Part shown: positions 37,482 to 46,091 of the stretch, in pieces | Layout: every line of letters starts with the position of its first letter | Numbering within the stretch: position 1 is the stretch's first letter | Assembly: GCA_043812915.1 (NCBI GenBank) | Contig: JBDRLQ010000003.1 | Span: 1-64,000, forward strand | DNA from: Candidatus Micrarchaeota archaeon | GTDB taxonomy: Archaea; Micrarchaeota; Micrarchaeia; Anstonellales; Bilamarchaeaceae | Reading direction: 5' to 3' | Length of the DNA stretch: 64,000 nt | Program-made: the position numbers and the translations under genes | The notes under the pieces: generated by a model | The model's database searches: none | The model's input: the letters and a program-made list of their open reading frames with translations, nothing else | Told to the model about the DNA's origin: nothing

Positions 37482-38993
37482 ATGGACAAGCTCGGTACAA
37501 TCATAGCCCTTGACGGCTCCCCATCGACTTCGGAATTCTCCTTCGTTATAGAAAAGGACGGGGACGTGAAGAAAGGCCAGTATGTGGAAGTCCATCGAAG
37601 CGGCACGCGCATATTCGGCTTCGTCTCCGAGATTGTCCGGGCCAATCGGTACTTCGAGCGGGCTGAGAGCGTCGCTGAATACGAGAAGGCCTCCGGCATT
37701 AAAGAGCATTTCCCATCCGAGTCATGGGAATATGTGATGGCGCAGGTGAAGATTCTCGGGACACATGATGGGGTGAGGTTCATCAGGACCTTCTCCCCGC
37801 CCTCACCTGGGGACAAGGTATTCAACGCGGACGAGGGCGTGCTGAAGGAATTCCTGGGGTTCGAGGACCATGGCCTGCACCTGGGGAGCATACAGCACCA
37901 TGATGTTCCGGCAAAGCTATGCATGACCAGGCTCTTCCAGAAGCATCTTGCCATTCTTGCGATGTCGGGAGCGGGGAAATCCCACCTTTCATCCGTAATG
38001 CTCGAGGAGCTTCTGGAGAGGAAGCCGGAAGATGGGAGGATTGCTGTAATTGTCGTTGACATACACGGGGAATACTCCGGCTTCGCTCATGATGATGCCT
38101 TCGGGAAGAAAACCAGGGTGATTGACGGGGAGGACATCAAGATTCCGCTCCGGAAAGTGAATCCTGAGATGATTGAGGAATGGTTCCCGGATTTATCCCC
38201 GGCCCAGCGCGAAGTTCTGCGGCACGCAATGAATTCGCTTAATGGCCAGAATGAGGAAACCGAGGGCTTCAGCCTCAGCGAACTTATTGCTGAAGTGGAT
38301 GCCGCCGATGTCTCAAATGACACTGTCAAGAGGGCTCTCAAAAGGAGCCTCGGGGAATTGTCCAGATACAGGCTCGTGTCAAGGAAAGACGAGAGCCCGC
38401 GCCTTGACTCGGACATTGAGCCTGGGAAGATGCTCATCCTTGACTTTTCCTCAATCGATTCACTTAGGAAGAAGCAGATTCTTGTGTGCATGCTGGCAAG
38501 GAGGCTCTTTTCCCTTCGGAAGAAGAACAAAATCCCCCCATTCCTCCTGCTCATCGAGGAGGCGCACAACTTCGCCAGGGAGCACGCGGAGGCAAGGGAA
38601 GCGGTCTCAAGGAGCATCATAGAGACGATGGCGAGGGAGGGCCGGAAATTCGGCGCGTGCATCTGCCTAATTTCCCAGAGGCCGGTGAACCTTAGCACAA
38701 CCGCGCTCAGCCAGTGCAACACCCACATCATATTGAGGGTGACCAACCCCAACGACCTGGACCACATCCAGAAGAGCTCGGAAGGAATCGATTCAAGGGT
38801 CATCCGCTCCATCACGGGACTGAAGGTGGGGGAAGGGATTGTCGTAGGCGAGGCCGTGAACTACCCGGTCTTCATCAATATCCGGCAGAGGAAATCCATA
38901 AAGCGGGAGAGGGGCGCGCCGCTACACATGCAGGCTGCCGACTTCGAGAAGGAGAATGCGCGTAAGGATAATGAGGTGCAGGCGTTTCTGTAG
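37482..38993 (+). CDS. HerA-like ATPase (HAS barrel + DUF87/FtsK-HerA fold)
   Basis: HLAILAMSGAGKS, VDIHGEY, LIEEAHNF, REGRKFG, ISQRP and LSQCNT. Confidence 0.92.
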   Translation: MDKLGTIIALDGSPSTSEFSFVIEKDGDVKKGQYVEVHRSGTRIFGFVSEIVRANRYFERAESVAEYEKASGIKEHFPSESWEYVMAQVKILGTHDGVRFIRTFSPPSPGDKVFNADEGVLKEFLGFEDHGLHLGSIQHHDVPAKLCMTRLFQKHLAILAMSGAGKSHLSSVMLEELLERKPEDGRIAVIVVDIHGEYSGFAHDDAFGKKTRVIDGEDIKIPLRKVNPEMIEEWFPDLSPAQREVLRHAMNSLNGQNEETEGFSLSELIAEVDAADVSNDTVKRALKRSLGELSRYRLVSRKDESPRLDSDIEPGKMLILDFSSIDSLRKKQILVCMLARRLFSLRKKNKIPPFLLLIEEAHNFAREHAEAREAVSRSIIETMAREGRKFGACICLISQRPVNLSTTALSQCNTHIILRVTNPNDLDHIQKSSEGIDSRVIRSITGLKVGEGIVVGEAVNYPVFINIRQRKSIKRERGAPLHMQAADFEKENARKDNEVQAFL

Positions 38994-39036
38994 CCCATGC
39001 GCCAATCTTTATAATCCTTAATCCCACAATAGCTTC

Positions 39037-39846
39037 ATGGCTCTAAGGGGAAAGGTTTTCGTTCTGCTCATGCTTCTTCTAGGCTCCTCCTTCGCTGTCA
39101 CTGTGGTTTCCCCGGTGAAGCTCGAAGTTGGCGAGGGGGATATCCTGGACCTTGGGACAATCGGCCCTGGGCAGACGATACAGGTCCAGATCGAGCCGAA
39201 AGTTGATACTGGCGGCATCCATGGAAAAGGCGGCTACTATGACATGGCGCAGGCGACAGTCCTCCCGGAGGGCTGGATGTCTGAGCCCAGCAAGCTCTAT
39301 GGCAGGCCCCTCCAGGTGAAAATCACCGCCGACCAGGACGCTCCCGAGGGCGACTATTCTGCCAAGGTGACCGTAATCGACGAGATGGATGGCGAGGAGC
39401 TTGGCAACATCACCTTCACCGCATGGATTCACATAACCTGGGATGTCCTTGACGTCGAAGTGACGCCGGCCTATTCAACAGTTGGCCCGGGCCAGCCATC
39501 TAGGTTCGAGATAACCGTCTGGAACAAGGGCTCTGCGAGCGACGCCTTCAACATCAGCGCGACTGGCGCCCGGAGCTGGGAGTTCACCAAGGCGGTGTTC
39601 GTGCCGGCAAAAAGCTCGAAGACGATATTCTATGACCTCGTCGGTTATGAGGAGGAGACCTACAAATCAAAAATCAGCGTCGTCTCCCTTGCCAGCGACA
39701 ACATACATGAGGAGCAGGACGTCACGCTTTTCATAAAAGCAGACCTTCTGGGAGATTTCAAGGCAACGAACCGGGGGACAGCGATATTCCCGATTTTCGA
39801 GGCCGTGATATACTCCCTTGCGGGCCTGCTCTCTAATTTCTACTGA
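39037..39846 (+). CDS. Secreted/membrane protein with Ig-like (NEW3/CARDB-like) domains
   Basis: Signal peptide, LGTIGPGQT, LPEGW, APEGDY, N.GSASD.F and a hydrophobic C-terminus. Confidence 0.7.
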   Translation: MALRGKVFVLLMLLLGSSFAVTVVSPVKLEVGEGDILDLGTIGPGQTIQVQIEPKVDTGGIHGKGGYYDMAQATVLPEGWMSEPSKLYGRPLQVKITADQDAPEGDYSAKVTVIDEMDGEELGNITFTAWIHITWDVLDVEVTPAYSTVGPGQPSRFEITVWNKGSASDAFNISATGARSWEFTKAVFVPAKSSKTIFYDLVGYEEETYKSKISVVSLASDNIHEEQDVTLFIKADLLGDFKATNRGTAIFPIFEAVIYSLAGLLSNFY

Positions 39847-39856
39847 GGCATCTTTC

Positions 39857-41407
39857 ATGGACACAAGGAAAAAGGCAATCGCAGAGATAGTCCGCAGGCT
39901 GCTTCACGGGGAATATGATTTGGACAAACTCAAGCGCGAGGCAGGAAGGAGATACCGAATCGCGGCCATGATAAAGAATTCCGAGCTTCTGGCTTCTGTT
40001 CCAAAGTCAAAGATGACCCGGAAACTCGGGCTAATGCTCCGGAAGAAGCCGACGCGCACACTTTCCGGGATTACTTCAATAGCGGTCATGATTAAGCCGG
40101 AGGGCTCCTGCACCAGGGAGTGCATATACTGCCCTTTCACCGGGAAGGCGGCCAAGAGCTACACAGGGGAGGAGCCGGCGGCCCTCAGGGCAAGGCAATT
40201 CTCATTCGACCCGATAGAGCAGGTCAGGGGCAGGATTGTCCAGCTTGGCGAGATGGGGCACCCGACCGAGAAGTGCGAGCTCATCCTCATGGGCGGGACG
40301 TTCCTTGAGATGAATCCCAAGTACAAGCGCTCTTTCGTCAAGGGCATATATGATGCCCTCAACGGAAGGAAGGAGAAAACCCTTGCTTCTGCAATCAGGA
40401 TGAACGAGACCGCAAAGCACAGGGCGATAGGATTCACATTCGAGACAAGGCCGGATGTGTGCACGAAGAAGCACATAGACGAGATTCTCTCATATGGCGC
40501 AACGAGGGTCGAATTGGGTGTGCAGCACCCTGATGATAAAATCTATTCCTCCATCAGGAGGGGGCACACCGTGAAAGAGGTTGTGGATGCGACACGGGAG
40601 CTCAAGGATTCGGCATTCAAGGTGCTCTACCATGTCATGCCAGGCCTTCCTGGCTCTGGAAAAAGGAAGGACGTGTCCATGGTAAGGCGCCTTTTCAGGG
40701 ACGAGCGCTTCAAGCCGGACATGCTCAAGATCTATCCTACACTCGTTATCCCCGGGACCGTGCTCGAGAGAATGGTCAAAGACAGGGAATTTAGGCCATA
40801 TTCCTCTGAAAAGGCGGCTGAGATCATAGCCGAGATGCACAGGCACATACCGCCATATGTAAGGGTGATGCGCATACAGAGGGACATCCCGGCCGGCCTT
40901 ATCGCAGGCGGGGTGAGGAAGAGCAATCTCCGGCAGCTTGTGAATGAGCAGCTGAACAGGAAGAAAATTACGAGCCTGGAAATCCGCGGGCGGGAAATCG
41001 GCCTGCAAGGCCCGGGAGCGCATCTCTCGGATTTCTCAATCCGGAGGATGGAATACAATGCGAGCGGGGGCACTGAGAATTTCATTTCCTTCGAGAACCG
41101 GGAAAGGCTCATAGCAGGGTTCATCAGGATGCGCATCCCAGGAAAGAGCCACAGGAGGGAAATCACGGATAGCACAGCGCTTATAAGGGAGCTTCACGTT
41201 TACGGGAGCGAGGTCCCTATAGAGAAAAAAGGGGATGTGCAGCACCAGGGGATAGGCGCTCAGCTCCTTTCGGAAGCTGAAAAAGTGGCGGCTGAAAATT
41301 TCGGCAAGAAAAAGATGGTTATCCTGAGCGGAGTGGGGGTGCGCGAATATTATTTCAGGCACGGCTATCGGAGGCTCGGGCCCTACGTCGCAAAGGAATT
41401 ATCCTGA
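39857..41407 (+). CDS. elp3: Elp3 tRNA uridine(34) acetyltransferase (radical SAM + KAT)
   Basis: RTLSG, C...CIYCP, KSYTG.EP, MGGTF, ETRPD, TRVELGVQ, KIYPT, RELHVYG, QHQG.G and SGVGVREYY. Confidence 0.97.
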   Translation: MDTRKKAIAEIVRRLLHGEYDLDKLKREAGRRYRIAAMIKNSELLASVPKSKMTRKLGLMLRKKPTRTLSGITSIAVMIKPEGSCTRECIYCPFTGKAAKSYTGEEPAALRARQFSFDPIEQVRGRIVQLGEMGHPTEKCELILMGGTFLEMNPKYKRSFVKGIYDALNGRKEKTLASAIRMNETAKHRAIGFTFETRPDVCTKKHIDEILSYGATRVELGVQHPDDKIYSSIRRGHTVKEVVDATRELKDSAFKVLYHVMPGLPGSGKRKDVSMVRRLFRDERFKPDMLKIYPTLVIPGTVLERMVKDREFRPYSSEKAAEIIAEMHRHIPPYVRVMRIQRDIPAGLIAGGVRKSNLRQLVNEQLNRKKITSLEIRGREIGLQGPGAHLSDFSIRRMEYNASGGTENFISFENRERLIAGFIRMRIPGKSHRREITDSTALIRELHVYGSEVPIEKKGDVQHQGIGAQLLSEAEKVAAENFGKKKMVILSGVGVREYYFRHGYRRLGPYVAKELS

Positions 41408-42232
41408 GAATGAGATGCTCTCCTCGTCCTCATACTCCTTAAGGAGTGCATCCTGCTCTTTCAGGAGCTTTAGGTATTCCCCCTGAAGGCTGACAAACTC
41501 TTCCTCCTCATCATCACTAAGAATCCTTATCTGCTTCTCAGCTGTCTTCAGCTGGATTTTAGGGTTGATCTCCTTTATCCTCTCAAGGTTCCTCGTGAGC
41601 TGCTCGGAAACGCTGCTGCTCACCCACACTTTCCTGTTGGAGAGCTGCAGGCTGACGTCCCCTTCCCCTTTCGCGTCGCCTGAGATGTGGCCGTCCGTTA
41701 TTCCTGCCTTCACCCCCGTCCTGCTGATGAGCTTCGCGAGCATCCTGGCCTTTTCATTCTTCCAGTCCGTGAGGCTGATTCTCTCGCTGATTCCGCCTCT
41801 CCAGAGGGCCTCGAAAAGCCTGATTTTCCGCTCTCCGTCCAGGTCGGCAACGAGGATGGAAATCTTCGCGATATTGGCCCGGTTCCCATAATTTGACTTG
41901 ATTATCTCCCCGCGCTCAGCAAGGAGCCTATAGGTGTCGCCTGTTTTGGTCTTCATGGCATTGATGATTTCATCCGTCGGAAGCTGCTTCAGCTCGCTGT
42001 TGAACTCCGCGATTTTCCTCCCGAACGGCTGGATGATGTCTACGCCGCCTTCCTTGAGCTTTTTCTCCATCGCCGAGGCGTGCTCCTTGGCCCTTTCGAG
42101 CTTTTCGTGGACCTCTTCCAGCTTTTCCCCTGTGGTGCCGCTCTTCTGCAGCAGTGTTTTACGAAATTCTAGCTCGGCCTTCTTTTTGTTCAGCTCGAGC
42201 AGAGCCACGACGTCCTTTGTTGTTATTTCCAT
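41399..42232 (-). CDS. Hypothetical coiled-coil protein
   Basis: Charged helical N- and C-terminal segments; ORF fills the gap. Confidence 0.7.
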   Translation of the reverse strand: MEITTKDVVALLELNKKKAELEFRKTLLQKSGTTGEKLEEVHEKLERAKEHASAMEKKLKEGGVDIIQPFGRKIAEFNSELKQLPTDEIINAMKTKTGDTYRLLAERGEIIKSNYGNRANIAKISILVADLDGERKIRLFEALWRGGISERISLTDWKNEKARMLAKLISRTGVKAGITDGHISGDAKGEGDVSLQLSNRKVWVSSSVSEQLTRNLERIKEINPKIQLKTAEKQIRILSDDEEEEFVSLQGEYLKLLKEQDALLKEYEDEESISFSG

Positions 42233-43913
42233 CCGATCGCCCTTTTGCACGCTTTTTCAAAGTGACGTATGTTAAAAGCAGAATAAATAATATAAAGATT
42301 AACAACCGGAAGAACAGCACCAGTTCATCCTGGGTCTCCTCTGCCGCCTCGCCATCCTCATCAAGCTCCGTCTCAAGCTTCATCAATGCGCTCGCGGTGT
42401 CAAGCCCCTGCGCAAGAGAAAATATCCTGTACGCGGTGGTGTTCGCCCTCTGCTGCATGAGGTAGTAGCCCTGCGCTTGGTAGACCTTTCCCCATAGGGA
42501 GCCCATCTCCGCGTTCGCCATGGTCTCCAGGCTGGCGGTAAGCTCCTCCGGCGTTAGCATGTCTGCTTCCGCGCTGGACTGATCCATCCTGATGACGAAT
42601 ACCGCATCGAAGACAGCGGCTCCGTATTTCCCCCTTTCATAGGATTTCCTGGCAATCTCCAGGCGCTCGGAAGTGTCTACGTCATGCTGTCCCCTATCGG
42701 CCTCCTCAATCATCTCTGCTGCCAGGTCCTTCCATATCCCCTGGTCCAGCAGCTTCCCGTCCGTGCCCGCTGCATCGGAGAGGCTCCAGGCCACCCTGCA
42801 CCACGCGTCGGCGTACATCAGCTCATGGTAGATTGCGTACCTCTCCTCTGTAAGCAGCGGCTCTTCGATTTCAGTGCTGTTTAGGGTATCAAGCGCCCAC
42901 CCTTCCCTCAGCTCGGAGCCGATTAGCCACTGGAAGTTCCGGTCGGTCATTTCAGGCCTGTTTATGCTATCCAGGCAGAAGTAGCTTTCATCCCTCTTCC
43001 GCTTGAGGTCAAGGTCATCATCCAGTATCGCTGATATTGTTGCCACATCAATGTAATCAAGGAACGCGCCGTTGGCGGCCGTGAAGAAATATCCTTTCTC
43101 AAGCAGCGCAGAGCTGATGAGCAGCTTGTTCTCGAAGAACCTCTTGGCCTCCGCGCTCTCGTTGCCCTCAGGCTCCATCCTCTGCAAAGTGGCGTTCAGC
43201 ATCAGAAGCATGTCCTGCGCCACTTCCCGGAAATTCTCCACGCCTGAAGTGCCATACGGCTCCACATCCGGCGGCTCGCTCTCGCCTGCCCTGAAGCCGG
43301 TCTGGTTTATCGTCCGGTTGTGGAGCATGAAGCCGAATATGTCGCTGGCGTCATAAGCCTCTATTATTGTTATCCCGTATTCCTCCTCCATATTGCCAAG
43401 GACAAGCATCTCATAGAATGTCACGGGGGGCGTGATGAAATAGCTGGCCCCGCCAAGTGCCGCGGCCTTGGCCTTCTCATGCAGCCCGCCGACCGCGCCC
43501 ACATGCCCGCCAGAGTCTATGCTCCCGGTCAGAACGGTATCCTGGCGCAGCGTAGAGTTCTCGAGCATGGAAAGCGCCATCACTGACATCGCAACGCCCG
43601 CGCTGGGCCCCTCTATATACCCGCCCATGTTCTCATTCTCGAAAGTGAGCAGGATGTCGCAGGTGCTTTCCTCCATTCCAGAGACCGCTTTGGCGAACAT
43701 CACGGCGTCCTCCACTGACTGCTGCGTGTCTGAGGCCGTCCTCGGCGAAATCGCTACGAAGACGTTCCCTTCTCCGGGAACCAGCTTCATTGTGGCATTC
43801 ACAAGCCCGCCGCCGTTTCCGATTACTGCGGGGACAAAGAGCGATGCCTGGCCCGAGCAGGAAAACGAAAGCGGAAGCAGCAACAGCAATAGCAGTAAGA
43901 AGGACGCTCTCAT
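42159..43913 (-). CDS. Secreted, membrane-anchored Lon-like (S16) serine protease without ATPase domain
   Basis: Signal peptide, GPSAG catalytic Ser, TGSI...G.VG.VGGLHEK catalytic Lys, helical bundle and C-terminal TM. Confidence 0.9.
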   Translation of the reverse strand: MRASFLLLLLLLLPLSFSCSGQASLFVPAVIGNGGGLVNATMKLVPGEGNVFVAISPRTASDTQQSVEDAVMFAKAVSGMEESTCDILLTFENENMGGYIEGPSAGVAMSVMALSMLENSTLRQDTVLTGSIDSGGHVGAVGGLHEKAKAAALGGASYFITPPVTFYEMLVLGNMEEEYGITIIEAYDASDIFGFMLHNRTINQTGFRAGESEPPDVEPYGTSGVENFREVAQDMLLMLNATLQRMEPEGNESAEAKRFFENKLLISSALLEKGYFFTAANGAFLDYIDVATISAILDDDLDLKRKRDESYFCLDSINRPEMTDRNFQWLIGSELREGWALDTLNSTEIEEPLLTEERYAIYHELMYADAWCRVAWSLSDAAGTDGKLLDQGIWKDLAAEMIEEADRGQHDVDTSERLEIARKSYERGKYGAAVFDAVFVIRMDQSSAEADMLTPEELTASLETMANAEMGSLWGKVYQAQGYYLMQQRANTTAYRIFSLAQGLDTASALMKLETELDEDGEAAEETQDELVLFFRLLIFILFILLLTYVTLKKRAKGRSDGNNNKGRRGSARAEQKEGRARIS

Positions 43914-43966
43914 GCACTTTTCTTCCCATTACTCGTTTTTAAACATATACCCGGATATCCATATTC

Positions 43967-44683
43967 ATGGCAAGGACGCTTAACAGCAAGCTTGGCTCCC
44001 TAAGGAAAAAGATACGCTCAATGGACAGCGCCCTCGTCGCCCTTTCCGGCGGCGTTGACTCAGCGGTGCTGTTGCGGATTTGCAGGGAGGAATTGGGCGA
44101 GAAGGCGGTGGCGGTAACATATCTGTCAGATGATTATCCCTCTGAGGACCTGATGATGGCCAAGCGCATTGCCAGGGTGGTGGGCGTTAAGCACATCACC
44201 GTGAAAAACGATGATTCATGCGGTTCCCAGGAAGACGAATGCGGCTACGGGGACCTCAAGAAGCTGGCAAGGAAGATGCGGCTTAATGCGGTCGTGAACG
44301 GCTCCCACCAGGATGACCGCAAGGAGGAGAGCGGCCATCTCTCGGCAGCCAAGCGCGGGGGGGCGCACAGCCCGATGCTGGAGTGCGGCCTGTCAAAGGA
44401 GGAAATCCGCGCGCTGGCCAGGCAGTTCGGGCTCCCGAACGCGAAGAGGAAGTCCTCCGGAAAAGGGAAATCTGGTGCAAAGGCATCTCCAAGCGCGGAT
44501 GCCATTAATGCGTTTCTTGCGGGCCTGAAGATCAAGGTTTCAGCAGTAAAAGTCAGCCGGAATACGCTCGAGCTTTGGGCAGAGGGGAAAGAACTGAAAA
44601 AGCTCTTAGCCGCCTCGGACAAAATCAGGGGGAAAATGCGCGCTCTTGGCATCAAAAGCCTTGTTTTGAGAATAAAGGACTAG
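43967..44683 (+). CDS. PP-loop ATPase, LarE-like (degenerate)
   Basis: ALSGGVDSAVL, NGSHQDD and SPMLECGLSKEEIRALARQFGLP; lacks the CLASR motif. Confidence 0.75.
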   Translation: MARTLNSKLGSLRKKIRSMDSALVALSGGVDSAVLLRICREELGEKAVAVTYLSDDYPSEDLMMAKRIARVVGVKHITVKNDDSCGSQEDECGYGDLKKLARKMRLNAVVNGSHQDDRKEESGHLSAAKRGGAHSPMLECGLSKEEIRALARQFGLPNAKRKSSGKGKSGAKASPSADAINAFLAGLKIKVSAVKVSRNTLELWAEGKELKKLLAASDKIRGKMRALGIKSLVLRIKD

Positions 44684-45171
44684 GAGAATGCCACTGCCAC
44701 CCATTCACCGACGAAGTTGCCCAATACTATCACCACTATCGCAATGGCAAGGTGCTCTGCAACCACATGCCAGGCGGTGACCTTTTGCTCCTTGGCGATA
44801 ACATAGCTGAATGCCGCCAGAAGCGCAAGCCCCCAGATTATTGCCACGACCATCGCTTCCTGTAGCTCGAAGAGCATCAGGGGGATTACGAAACTGAGGC
44901 CGAACACGAATTTTGTGGCGAATGTTGATGCTGTCGCTTCCCACACCTCGGCCTGGCTGTACTTGTTCTGCGCCTCCGTGGATACGTGAATTCCAAGGGA
45001 GTCCGATAGCGCGTCGGCTATCGCGATCGTGATTACTCCTCCAATTACTGCAAGCGGGGAGTGGGTCCCGGCGTTCAGACCGACCATCAGGCCGAGCGTT
45101 GTTATTATGGCCGAGGTCAGCCCGAAACTGAATCCTGTTTTTATGGAAGGCTTCAAGATAATCAACCTCAC
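44680..45171 (-). CDS. VIT1/CCC1-family membrane protein
   Basis: FSFGLTSAIITTLGL.VG and IAIADALSDSLGIHVS.E; five TMs. Confidence 0.85.
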   Translation of the reverse strand: MRLIILKPSIKTGFSFGLTSAIITTLGLMVGLNAGTHSPLAVIGGVITIAIADALSDSLGIHVSTEAQNKYSQAEVWEATASTFATKFVFGLSFVIPLMLFELQEAMVVAIIWGLALLAAFSYVIAKEQKVTAWHVVAEHLAIAIVVIVLGNFVGEWVAVAFS

Positions 45172-45731
45172 AGCTTCTTAACCGTCAGTATCCCCTTGTC
45201 CGTCCTGAAGAATTCATAGCCCTCTGAGAGGTACAGCTTCTCCATCTGGCTTCCTGCCTCCTTTATCTGGTCCACTATGCTCCCCCGGGGCAGGTCCTCG
45301 TATAAGTATGCAATCGTTTGCTTCATGCCTTTGGCCGCCGCCTCCTTCTCCCTTTCCTCAAGAAGAATCCTGCGTATCCCCCGGCCTTCATATGCGAGCA
45401 GCACCGCAGGGTCCTCCATATAAAGGGCGTTCGGGTCTCCGCCCCTGATGGTCTTGCTCTCGATATCAAGGCAGGCGGGCCAGGACAATCCGACGCCAAT
45501 AAGCATCCTGTTCACATGGGCGCCGAAGCTCATCCCGTAATCGATTATGTTCTTCACTTCTACTTCCGTGACATCGAAAGCGCATTTCCTCATGACGCGC
45601 ACGGTGTCCTCGATGTCCTCGTCTCCGAGCCTTTTTATCTCTACCTGCTCTTCGTCAAGGAGATGGAGGAATTTGGGTTTCTTGTCCTCCTCTGCCTGCT
45701 TCTCTTCCTTTTTTGTTGCGAATGTTTCCAT
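45168..45731 (-). CDS. GNAT-family N-acetyltransferase-like protein
   Basis: Motif A-like AVLLAYEGRGIRRILL and KLYLSEGYE. Confidence 0.72.
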   Translation of the reverse strand: METFATKKEEKQAEEDKKPKFLHLLDEEQVEIKRLGDEDIEDTVRVMRKCAFDVTEVEVKNIIDYGMSFGAHVNRMLIGVGLSWPACLDIESKTIRGGDPNALYMEDPAVLLAYEGRGIRRILLEEREKEAAAKGMKQTIAYLYEDLPRGSIVDQIKEAGSQMEKLYLSEGYEFFRTDKGILTVKKL

Positions 45732-45736
45732 GCCTC

Positions 45737-46069
45737 TCACATGAACCTTGTGCCGCAGACCACGCAGCGCGTCAAGAATACTTCGGACTTATTCCCGCAT
45801 ATTGGACATACATAGTAGGTTTTTTTAGTCCTTTGCTCCTCGGCCTCGAAGCCGTAGAAGCATTTTGTGCACTTGGGGGCGTCCAGCTCATTGAGGTTCC
45901 CGCACCTGGGGCACTTCCTCCTGAACATGCTCTTTATGCGGACTCCGCATTTCCTGCAGCGCTCCTGGTCCAGTGTAACCATCTCGCCGCAGTTCGGGCA
46001 TTTCTGAGGCTCGCCCCTTATTTTGCGCCCTCCCTTGAGCATGTTGCCAAGCAAGTCCCCAAGACCCAT
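45737..46069 (-). CDS. Triple zinc-ribbon protein
   Basis: CPNC..CRKC, CPRC..CTKC and CPIC..CVVC. Confidence 0.85.
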   Translation of the reverse strand: MGLGDLLGNMLKGGRKIRGEPQKCPNCGEMVTLDQERCRKCGVRIKSMFRRKCPRCGNLNELDAPKCTKCFYGFEAEEQRTKKTYYVCPICGNKSEVFLTRCVVCGTRFM

Positions 46070-46091
46070 GCTTACACCTGATATCCGGAGG

